Shown here piece by piece: positions 22,403 to 32,332 of a stretch of 32,332 bases of DNA (positions within the stretch are counted from its first letter, which is position 1; each line of letters starts with the position of its first letter). Where the stretch lies: positions 15,807,274 to 15,839,605 of the forward strand of contig NC_068986.1 of assembly GCF_001194135.2 (NCBI RefSeq), written 5' to 3'. This DNA comes from Octopus bimaculoides (Eukaryota). The notes beneath the pieces were generated by a model that was not told the origin of the DNA, searched no databases, and saw only the letters and a list, made by a program, of their open reading frames with translations. Both the position numbers and the translations under genes were made by a program.

Positions 22403-22442
<40 letters not shown>

Positions 22443-22559
22443 TTCAGATATAGAGTAGATTGTGCCATTAGTTTGGCTTCTATTAAAACTGGTTTCAAAT
22501 AGTGTAGTTAATATAGGTTTCAAACTTTTGTACAAGAACAGCAAATTAATTGTTTGCAT

Positions 22560-22675
22560 TAATCCTAGAATTCAAATGGTACTTATTTTACTACCCCGAA
22601 ACGATCAAAGGAAAAGTCTACTTCGGTGGAATTTGAACTCAGAACGTAAAAAGGGACGATATATCGGTAATATTG
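22560..22675 (-). mobile_element. SINE family IV fragment
   Basis: The reverse complement reads tttacgttctgagttcaaattccaccgaagtagacttttcctttgatcgtttcggggtagtaaaataagtacc. Confidence 0.7.
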
Positions 22676-22687
22676 GAAGAAAGTCAA

Positions 22688-22938
22688 GGGTGGTGAGCTG
22701 GCAGAATTGTTAGCACTCCGGACAAAATGTGTTGCAGCAGTTCATGCATCTTTACGTTCTCAGTCCAAATTCCGCCACGGTCGACTTTGCCCTTAAGCAT
22801 CTCGGGGTCGATAAAATAAGTAGCAGTTGAGCACGCGTCGATAAAATAAGTACCGGTTGAACACTGACGCAGAGGGAATCGACTGGTTCCCTACCCCATG
22901 AAATTGCATGCCATGTGCTAAAATTTGAAATCAATATT
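22688..22938 (+). mobile_element. SINE family IV with a 30-bp internal tandem duplication
   Basis: ggtgagctggcagaa head and ttctcagtccaaattccgcc B-box-like motif. gtcgataaaataagta..ttga.cac is repeated at 22807-22836 and 22837-22866. Confidence 0.75.
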
Positions 22939-23744
22939 AGAAGAAAGCAGTTGGTATTTAAGACTCATCTTCACAAAGGTCTCTGACTGATTGATTATGT
23001 TAAACGAAGTATATTAAATCCATATCGAGAAACAGCATATACCCAATTGTTAGTGCTATATCTTCATTTTATCAATATATATAAAGTTTATTATATACAA
23101 TAATGTTTATTTTAGATTCTAAATTACATGTTGCATATAATGTTATTTGCAAGATTCAGTAATGTGTTTTATTATGCAGTAATTAAATGCATTTCCATCA
23201 ATAGAGATCATGGATTGATAGATACACCTCATATTGTTCTACACTACGTATTAAAATGGGCTTTTATAGGTCTGATATCGATGACAATGAATTAATAAAT
23301 ATTGTTGTCTATTATTTATGCACATCGTAGGAGGGAAGTCCATTAAAATAATACCCATCACACCCAAGTTTAACATGATAGTCTTTCAAATATTGACCAA
23401 TAATGTAAGAAATATAGTGAAACGATGTATTTACACTGGTTAAAAGCATGTAGCTAATACACAGATACACATAATTAAATGTGACAATGAATGCTTCTAT
23501 AGAGACAAAAACTATCTTTCTATATATGCCTGCACATACAAGCCTTATACAGCTGTGCGAGAGCATGTAAGCGGGTGAATGAGATATAATGTAAATTGTA
23601 TATCCGATATTAATAAAATAAGGTTAAAAAGGCATTTTACTTGAAAATGAAGCCATTTTATGAAAAAGTATGAGGTATGTTTTGATCTGTTTAGAAATAT
23701 GAACAAATAAATTTCCCAAACATGTGCCTGACTTTCTTCGCCTG

Positions 23745-23790
23745 CCTGCCTGCTTGCCTGGTCCGCCTGTCTGTCTGTCTGTCTGTCTGA

Positions 23791-23835
<45 letters not shown>

Positions 23836-23836
23836 C

Positions 23837-23867
<31 letters not shown>

Positions 23868-23880
23868 ATATATATACACT
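23745..23880. repeat. compound (GCCT)/(GTCT)/(CT)/(AT) microsatellite
   Basis: Directly visible. Confidence 0.95.
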
Positions 23881-23916
23881 ATGCACATATATGTGTGTAT
23901 GTGTATGTATATAGCT

Positions 23917-24556
23917 ATTTATCTATTTATTTATTTATTTATGGGTTTCAGCCGAAGTGGCTGCGGTCATGCTGGAGCACCACCATGACTTTCCATCTTT
24001 ATCCTCTGCTCTCTTCACGTTCCTTCCATGGCTCTTCTCCCCCACCTGATATAGTCCTATCAAGAGTTTTGACGGCATATCTGGTGTATAAGAGAATTTG
24101 ACATCGCTGCCCTCAACTGTGTCTCAGTTCGAGCCATCGGTTCGTCTGGTATCGTGGAGAGGAATGTGTCGAGTTTTGCTTTGAAGACCTCTATATCCAT
24201 GTCTTTCAGGTCTCTCAAATGTTTTGGCAGGGCATTACAGATCTGAGGTCCTCTGAAATCGAGGCTGTTACAGTAACTTGTTCTTATGTAAGATGCAGTG
24301 GACGGAACCCATGGTACCACGCAGGGGTGACCTGTGCGGGAATTCGTGTAGTACTTGATGCCAAAGTTTGGTACCAGTCCTTCCAGAATTTTCCATATGC
24401 AAATTATTACATATCTCTCCCGCCTGCGCTCCAGGCAGTAGAGACCTAGTGCCTTCAGTCGCTCTCTGTAGTTCATCTGCTGGACTGTGGCGATCTTTTT
24501 TGTATAGTGACGCTGAATTGCCTCGAGTTCTGCTGTCCGGTTGAGTTTCGCTGTCC
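23917..24556 (-). mobile_element. CR1/L2-group LINE 3' end (ORF2 C-terminus, 3' UTR, (AATA)n tail)
   Basis: ELEAIQRHYTKKI...MNYRERLKALGLYCLERRRERY...FRGPQICNALPKHLRD...FKAKLDTFLSTIPDEP. Tail ggtggtgctccagcatgaccgcag..ctgaaac plus (taaa)n. Confidence 0.9.
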
Positions 24557-24560
24557 TTAA

Positions 24561-24854
24561 TCAAAGGACATACTAAGTATGTCTACCTACTCAAAATTCG
24601 TTATTAAATCGCCCAGAATTACACTGGTGATTACTACTGAAATCAAACGAAGGCAAATTTGGTTAAGACAATCTACTTACATACATTTAACAATATTTAA
24701 ATCCAAATACTTAAATGTATGTAAGTAGATTGTCTTAACCAAATTTGCCTTCGTTTGATTTCTGTAGTAATCACCAGTGTATTTTTTTTGTCGATTTAAT
24801 AACGAGCTTTGACTGTTATTTCAAGCAGGTAGACATACTTAGTATGTACTTTGA
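24561..24854. mobile_element. 294-bp foldback MITE flanked by TTAA
   Basis: Outer arms 29/30 identical counting into the flank. Inner arms 24620-24690 and 24711-24781 are 70/71 identical, with a 20-nt loop. TTAA at 24557-24560 and 24855-24858. Confidence 0.9.
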
Positions 24855-26376
24855 TTAATTTTAAACTTTATATATATGTATATATATAAACACANNNNNN
24901 NNNNNNNNNNNNNNNNNNNNNNNNNNNNNNNNNNNNNNNNNNNNNNNNNNNNNNNNNNNNNNNNNNNNNNNNNNNNNNNNNNNNNNNNNNNNNNNNNNNN
25001 NNNNNNNNNNNNNNNNNNNNNNNNNNNNNNNNNNNNNNNNNNNNNNNNNNNNNNNNNNNNNNNNNNNNNNNNNNNNNNNNNNNNNNNNNNNNNNNNNNNN
25101 NNNNNNNNNNNNNNNNNNNNNNNNNNNNNNNNNNNNNNNNNNNNNNNNNNNNNNNNNNNNNNNNNNNNNNNNNNNNNNNNNNNNNNNNNNNNNNNNNNNN
25201 NNNNNNNNNNNNNNNNNNNNNNNNNNNNNNNNNNNNNNNNNNNNNNNNNNNNNNNNNNNNNNNNNNNNNNNNNNNNNNNNNNNNNNNNNNNNNNNNNNNN
25301 NNNNNNNNNNNNNNNNNNNNNNNNNNNNNNNNNNNNNNNNNNNNNNNNNNNNNNNNNNNNNNNNNNNNNNNNNNNNNNNNNNNNNNNNNNNNNNNNNNNN
25401 NNNNNNNNNNNNNNNNNNNNNNNNNNNNNNNNNNNNNNNNNNNNNNNNNNNNNNNNNNNNNNNNNNNNNNNNNNNNNNNNNNNNNNNNNNNNNNNNNNNN
25501 NNNNNNNNNNNNNNNNNNNNNNNNNNNNNNNNNNNNNNNNNNNNNNNNNNNNNNNNNNNNNNNNNNNNNNNNNNNNNNNNNNNNNNNNNNNNNNNNNNNN
25601 NNNNNNNNNNNNNNNNNNNNNNNNNNNNNNNNNNNNNNNNNNNNNNNNNNNNNNNNNNNNNNNNNNNNNNNNNNNNNNNNNNNNNNNNNNNNNNNNNNNT
25701 ATATATGGAGATACGAAATTGCAAACAGAACTCAATATGTGTATACATCAATTTTATTATGTTATATGTACAAGCTTTTCAGGTTAAGTTTGGGGAATTT
25801 TATGTCTCCTTTTTTCAGCAACAGCTTAATGCACTGGTGAAGAATCAATCTGTTGGAGAGCATAAATAATAAATTTGTGTTTGAGAAAAATATAACTGAC
25901 ATAGAGGACTGGAATACGCGTATCAAGCTGCCGATACCATGACTTAATCTATACAGTTTGAACCCACAAATGAGGGGAAGAAACAACATGGTTGTCATAA
26001 AACCAAGATTCCCTAAACTGCGATGGTGTTTGATTTTGTCTCTAGTGAGACTCGGGTCATCTGCCCCACACGACTGAACAGGGCTTTTGGATATGTGAAG
26101 TTGATAGAAGTAGTTATCAGCGAATTTCTAGGACTTCATTTGCTTCAGTTACCGGTCTCCTAATTCTCCCAAATGCAGTGGAGTGCTATGATCGGGACTC
26201 GGTTAGGAAACGTGCCAGCCACTCTGCCTCCAACAACAGCGCCGTGATTTTGGCCAATATTAAGTAGCTTGAGTAATATATCACAATAACGATTTACCAG
26301 AAAGTAATACTGTCTAACTAGATATGGAATATCTCGCCCTTACTGAAAGCGACCGTATCAAAATATTCAGGTATAT

Positions 26377-26731
26377 CGTCGTCGTCGTGAGACCGTCGGT
26401 TACAACGAGAAGAGTTCCAGTTGATCCGATCAACGGAACAGCCTGCTCATGAAATTAACGTGTATCCTTAACGTAGTTCTCGGGGAGATTCAGCGTGACA
26501 CAGAGTGTGACAAGGCTGGACCTTTGAAATACAGGTACAACTGAAACAAGAAGAAAGAGTGAGAGAAAGTTGTGTTGAAAGAGTACAGCAGGTTTCGCCA
26601 CTGCTCTCTGCCGGAGCCTCACGGAGCTTTAGGTGTTCAATAAACACTAACAACGCCTGGTCTGGGAATTGAAACCGTGATTCTACGACCGCGAGTCCGC
26701 TGCCCTTACCTCTGAGCTCTTGCGCCTCCAC
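26377..26731 (-). mobile_element. tRNA-SINE family I with an internal deletion of about 40 bp
   Basis: Reverse-complement match to 7192-7574. Probable TSD tattcaggtatat / tattcacgcatat (11/13). The deletion joins two acgtg copies. Confidence 0.88.
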
Positions 26732-26807
26732 TATTCACGCATATATCTAAATTAAAAACCGGTAAATAGTGTGCGTATATAAAAATATAAAAACAAGTAT
26801 ATATATA

Positions 26808-27020
26808 CTTTTATTCTCGTACTCTTGTTTTAATCATTTGACTGCAGCCATGCTGGAGCACCGCCTTTAGTCGAGCAAATTGACCCCAGGACTTATTTTT
26901 TTAAGCCTAATACTTATTCTATCGGCCTCTTTTTCCGAAATACTAAGTTACGGGAACGTAATCACACCTGCATCGGTTGCGATGCAAGTTGGGGGGGGGA
27001 TCACAGACACACAAACATAC
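26808..27020 (-). mobile_element. SINE family III, 3' half
   Basis: Near-identical to 6003-6243. Confidence 0.8.
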
Positions 27021-30008
27021 NNNNNNNNNNNNNNNNNNNNNNNNNNNNNNNNNNNNNNNNNNNNNNNNNNNNNNNNNNNNNNNNNNNNNNNNNNNNNNNN
27101 NNNNNNNNNNNNNNNNNNNNNNNNNNNNNNNNNNNNNNNNNNNNNNNNNNNNNNNNNNNNNNNNNNNNNNNNNNNNNNNNNNNNNNNNNNNNNNNNNNNN
27201 NNNNNNNNNNNNNNNNNNNNNNNNNNNNNNNNNNNNNNNNNNNNNNNNNNNNNNNNNNNNNNNNNNNNNNNNNNNNNNNNNNNNNNNNNNNNNNNNNNNN
27301 NNNNNNNNNNNNNNNNNNNNNNNNNNNNNNNNNNNNNNNNNNNNNNNNNNNNNNNNNNNNNNNNNNNNNNNNNNNNNNNNNNNNNNNNNNNNNNNNNNNN
27401 NNNNNNNNNNNNNNNNNNNNNNNNNNNNNNNNNNNNNNNNNNNNNNNNNNNNNNNNNNNNNNNNNNNNNNNNNNNNNNNNNNNNNNNNNNNNNNNNNNNN
27501 NNNNNNNNNNNNNNNNNNNNNNNNNNNNNNNNNNNNNNNNNNNNNNNNNNNNNNNNNNNNNNNNNNNNNNNNNNNNNNNNNNNNNNNNNNNNNNNNNNNN
27601 NNNNNNNNNNNNNNNNNNNNNNNNNNNNNNNNNNNNNNNNNNNNNNNNNNNNNNNNNNNNNNNNNNNNNNNNNNNNNNNNNNNNNNNNNNNNNNNNNNNN
27701 NNNNNNNNNNNNNNNNNNNNNNNNNNNNNNNNATATATATATATATATAATTTTGTGCGAACTAACTTTCAAACCTAGAGGTATATTCATATGCATTGAC
27801 AAGTAAATTATTTATACACTACGCTGTTTTACGAATTGCACGTTTCCTCTCCGATGGGCATCCTTATGAATGATCCAATGAATAAGAATTACATGGAAAA
27901 TACAGGATCAAGATGATGACAAATACAATATAAAAGGACCAAATAGGACAACCATGCGCATAATTTAAACAGGTAGGAATGCATTTTTCAAAGAATCATG
28001 TTAGCTACATATTTATACACACAAGTATACAATTGGATTCATCGAGGCAATTACTTTCATAGACACGCACAGAGGCTCTCAGACTCATATATCGGCTTAT
28101 TAAAAATATTCCATTCTGTCAGCAAAACTTTGCTTCACTAACCGTAACTAAAATATGGCAGAAAGTTTGTCCCTGTTACAACAGTGATAAGTCGTCAAAG
28201 AAATAACAATTCCAGGCGGTTCAAAAATGATCTGCTCTATAATCTCTGTGAACTTCCGTGGTAGACGCCATTGTTTACGTGATCGAGTACACAGCATATC
28301 AATCCCGCAGGAAAATGTAGAAGGATAGCCTCTCATACAAATATTGATAGAATTTAACGTTTCTTTATAAACAGGTAAATTGCTATATGTTCGAAAGCTA
28401 TATTTCATTGCAGCTGAAACAAACATCCTCAGGTGAGTGAAGCAATTGAAATAGGCTCCTTTTTTCCAATGTACATTTCGATCACTTTCCTCTGCTTCTC
28501 TCCTTCATCAGAAAAAAACACATCATTAAAAAAAAAAGATAGCTAATCAGATTCTTTTATATAATAATGACCATTCTCTTTACTTAAATAATTTCTCCTT
28601 TCATTCTGTACATTCCAAATGACAGATATATACGTTGATTACGAAATATTTTATCGCTTTTTACTAAGACTCAAGGAAGTAGAAACAGCCATTTACGCAT
28701 ATAAATGGTTTATAGGTGTCTATAAATTGTAAGGTTTTTAGAGGAATATACGTCAATAAAAGTCAGTGATATTCATGCATAAGGACTATATGACACACAC
28801 CATTCCATCAAACTTACCATGGAAAAGAATTGGCAATGTTACAAGACAATCAATAAAATACAATTACACATAACATATACATATACACACATGTATAAAT
28901 ATATACGTAGATGTAACATATATGTATACATAAATCACACGTGTGTGTCAGTATATATACATATATTTATATATGTTTATAAAAATTATAGCATGAAATT
29001 AGAGCACAAACCGATTTTCACGTTTATTTTTTTCAAATTTTAAATAAAAGTTAATGTTGCTAACATAAATATTTATCTGAAGATTGTTATAAAACATAAA
29101 AGTAGTTGTGGAATCGCAAGCACTCATCCTGAAATCACAAACAACCATCCCTGAAGAAATCTTTTTTGAGCTATACTTAATGTCACAAATTCTATACAAT
29201 ATATAACCATACAAACAAATAATGGGTACATTTATATATATATACCTCTGTATGTATGTACGTATGTATGCATGTATATGCACACACATGTATATACCTG
29301 TACACACATGCCTTTACATATGTATATACATATATTTATATATATGTGCGTGTTTGTGTTTGTGTGTGTGTGTGTGTATGTGCATATAGCTCATGTAAAC
29401 GTAATATTTCTACTATTTCTAGCAGGTCGAGCTTAGGTTTGTACCATATGAAAACTTAGCCAATCAGATGCTCTCAGACCTTCATGAAATAGCATTTAAT
29501 TCTTACATGTGTATATAGCAATATTTATGTGAACATTTTTTCATACTGAAAAATAAACAGAATGGTGTTGAATTTTTGCTATGCAGGATAAAAACAAAAA
29601 TCTCGCCAAACTTAAAATAGATTATTTTGGTATTCATTTTGTATATTTGTATCACCTATATTTAATGCTGTTTTATCTTACATAAACCTCCATTTGCCTT
29701 ACAAATGACTCGATAGAAAAGGTTTTTGTTGAAGAGGAATACAGATGTTTCAAATTTATACTTTAGCACATCAAACGTCCTCCATTTTTGTGAATTATGA
29801 TTGATTTCACATTGATATCTGGGCCATACAGCTTTGATATAACTCGGTGTCACAAGATGATATTGCCGAAGGAGACTGCATGCATATGAAGGACCTGGAA
29901 GAGAGAGAAAGAAAGAATCAAAGAATTGTTTCAATTATACGCATATAGTAACATAAATGTGTAGAGATATTCAATATACTGTCTCTCTCTTCAGTTGTGT
30001 ACACGGAA

Positions 30009-30011
<3 letters not shown>

Positions 30012-30085
<74 letters not shown>
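30012..30085. repeat. (CT)n(CA)n microsatellite
   Basis: Directly visible. Confidence 0.95.
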
Positions 30086-30090
<5 letters not shown>

Positions 30091-30203
30091 ACACTCAGTG
30101 ATCACATGTAAGTGATCTGGGGTAGCCATCACTTATAGAGATTTTGCATATAAAAAAATCAGTGTGTATGTTATAAACGTAATAAAAAAAAGAGTGTTCT
30201 TAA

Positions 30204-30365
30204 AATCTTTGGATTCTGTGAGCACTTATGCATGCGAACTTCTGCCGAGTTTGACTTTGCCTTACAGCGTTTCGGGGTCGCGTACAAGTCGCGTACTATG
30301 GTCGATCTATTCGACTGGTCCCCTCTCCAAAAATTTCGCGCCTTGTGCCTAGATTAGAAAAGAAA
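30204..30365 (+). mobile_element. degenerate SINE, family IV
   Basis: gccgagtttgactttgcctt..ttcggggtcg..ggtcgatctattcgactggtcccc..gccttgtgcctagattagaaa. Confidence 0.65.
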
Positions 30366-30376
30366 ATTTCAGTTTA

Positions 30377-30590
30377 GGGCGGCGCACTGGAAGAAAGGTA
30401 AGCACTCTAGAAGAAATGCTTCGCGACATTTCATCCGTCTTTATGTTCTGACTTCAATTTCCACCGAGGTTGACTTTGCCTTTCATAATTTCGGGGTCGA
30501 TAAATGAAGTACCAGTTGTGTACTGGGATCGATTTAATAGATTGCCTCCTTCCCCCAAATTCCAGGCCTTGTGCCTAGAGTAGAAATGAA
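30377..30590 (+). mobile_element. SINE family IV (tandem with the previous copy)
   Basis: ggcggcgcactgg head, ccaccgaggttgactttgcctttcataatttcggggtcgataaatgaagtaccagttg, and gccttgtgcctagagtagaaa end. Confidence 0.72.
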
Positions 30591-31633
30591 TTATGCATGC
30601 GTACATCAGGAAAATGTTACATTGAATACCATCACTGAAAAATTTTACAATCAATACAATCACTGAAAGATTATGGGAATTTCAGTGCATACAAACTCTC
30701 TAATCTACTACCACACAGACCCCCCCCACTTCACACACATGTATATGTGTATTTATGTTCATGTGTGGTGTGTCGATGTGTGTGTATATCGGGGGGTATG
30801 TGCGTACGTGCGGCAGCTTTCTACGCAACGTCTACTGAAAATGATAATGCAGAAGATAATGGACGGTGTGGTACACTAGTAGAATACTCCAGCACAAGAT
30901 AGCACACTGTGTGTCAGAAACCATATGACCAAGCAAAAAACTACCCAATAAACCAGATTTATGTGATATATCTCTCTATGCGAAATCATTGGCAGCCATT
31001 TTTTTTTTATCAAGAAATTAAGTATATAGATATGTATATGTATATTGTCTCTGAATTATATGTTAATATTGGCGTTCCTAATGATGAGAACTTCGCCTAG
31101 CAAACAATTTTATTTGTTAATTAAATTTCGAAATCTAGGCCTGACTGTAAAATCATGGTAAAAGTTTTTACTTTCATTGCCTTCGAAATTGCTGTGGTTT
31201 TAGACTTTTTGACTGCTCCTATTAGCATGTAAGGCGGCCTGTTAATGGTTACCTCTAATGGTGTTTAAATGTACACTCATTTTATATATATTGATATATG
31301 GATATATNNNNNNNNNNNNNNNNNNNNNNNNNNNNNNNNNNNNNNNNNNNNNNNNNNNNNNNNNNNNNNNNNNNNNNNNNNNNNNNNNNNNNNNNNNNNN
31401 NNNNNNNNNNNNNNNNNNNNNNNNNNNNNNNNNNNNNNNNNNNNNNNNNNNNNNNNNNNNNNNNNNNNNNNNNNNNNNNNNNNNNNNNNNNNNNNNNNNN
31501 NNNNNNNNNNNNNNNNNNNNNNNNNNNNNNNNNNNNNNNNNNNNNNNNNNNTATATATATTTATATATATATTCACACGCACGTGTAAAAACAAATAAAT
31601 ATACGCATAAAGATTCAAACTCATACATACATG

Positions 31634-31668
<35 letters not shown>

Positions 31669-32332
31669 TGAAGATAAGTTGTGGTGCTTTATACACGCGA
31701 TTAGAAGAATAAGGAAAGTAAATGGAGTTGAAAATGCACTTAAAGTAGTAATTTCAAAAATATTTTCTTAAAGTACATATGGAATTAGATTTTTCATATA
31801 TATGTGAGTGTGCGTGTGTTTGTGTGTGTTTTTGAGTGTGGGGGATTGTGAATATTAGTGTATGTGTTTGCGTCTGTGAGTGTGTCTATCTGGGTGTGTG
31901 CGTGCGTGCGTTTTTATGTGTGTGTGTGTGTGTGTGATGTATGTGTACGTATTGGACTCATGTGCGCTTGTACACATTTATAAGTGCCTCAGGACACAAT
32001 CTATGATGAACGTAATGTTATTGAAGAAACTTTGCGTTGAGAGATAACATTCATTCAGATTGTATCAAAATATACATTATTCATGATACGTTTCTCCTTT
32101 TCACACCAACACGGACGTCCGTTCTCTACCATAATATGTTAAACAGGTGCTAAATTGCCAAACATTTACAAGCCAACTATGTAACTTTACTATAACGCAG
32201 AGCTATAACGGAAAAATTATTCTTATTACATAACGTCACTATACTCATATTTCATGTTATATACGAACGTTTTGACACAAATACATCATATCATAATCAC
32301 GCCACATCAATCTTCTTCATATTAGCTTTCAT

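Larger units (their letters stand above)
20136..22403 (+). mobile_element. internally deleted Helitron
   Basis: Helitron-type 5' region at 20221-20340. Rep N-terminal remnant at 21537-22126. 3' hairpin ACCGGGCAATGCCGGGT followed by CTAG (22400-22403) and then T. The 5' TC is hidden in the TA microsatellite or the gap. Confidence 0.85.

Noticed and set aside
22807-22866. 30-bp direct repeats and other short spaced repeats as a CRISPR-like array
   Set aside because: Only two adjacent copies inside a SINE, with no spacers or cas genes, in a eukaryotic context.
25780-26370. GC-richer stretch with fleeting motifs (KPRFPK..WCLIL; SGVL*SGLG; NNDLPE..KIFR)
   Set aside because: The motifs point to incompatible sources (Sec63-like versus RT), the spacing is wrong, and all frames have many stops. 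A translated search would be needed.
17177-26731. Short ORFs 17177-17371, 26468-26731, 8710-9121, 11281-11514 and 11826-12050
   Set aside because: They lie within SINE sequence. Similarity between copies reflects the repeat, not protein conservation.
28148-29934. ORFs 28148-28426 and 29662-29934 on the minus strand
   Set aside because: No recognisable domain or motif, and lengths are compatible with chance.
2969-31671. Many ORFs rich in CV/IY/HT dipeptides, poly-I or X runs
   Set aside because: These are translations of microsatellites and N gaps (6244-6345, 9360-9459, 10013-10295, 19431-20135, 24895-25700, 27021-27732, 31308-31551).

Overview
AT-rich eukaryotic DNA with 8 assembly gaps. 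The SINE, microsatellite and transposon content looks like an octopus (coleoid cephalopod) genome; this is inferred from repeat recognition, not from a search. The only intact genes I can support are two intronless, same-strand (-), paralogous class A (rhodopsin-like) 7TM receptors at 1352-2272 and 13136-14062. Both have a vestigial ECL2, lack the usual TM3-ECL2 cysteine pair, and share an N-terminal Cys and an ECL3 Cys. The rest is a dense nest of mobile DNA: at least four tRNA-SINE families, a CR1/L2-type LINE 3' end whose tail matches one SINE family, Penelope and R4-like relics, an IS630/Tc1 relic, two maT/DD37D-like relics, a Helitron, and several MITE/foldback elements. The most unexpected structure is a 79-bp piece of the receptor gene (72/79 identical to 13889-13967) inserted in inverted orientation inside the Tc1 transposase at 7883-7961. 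No CRISPR, rRNA or genuine tRNA gene was found.
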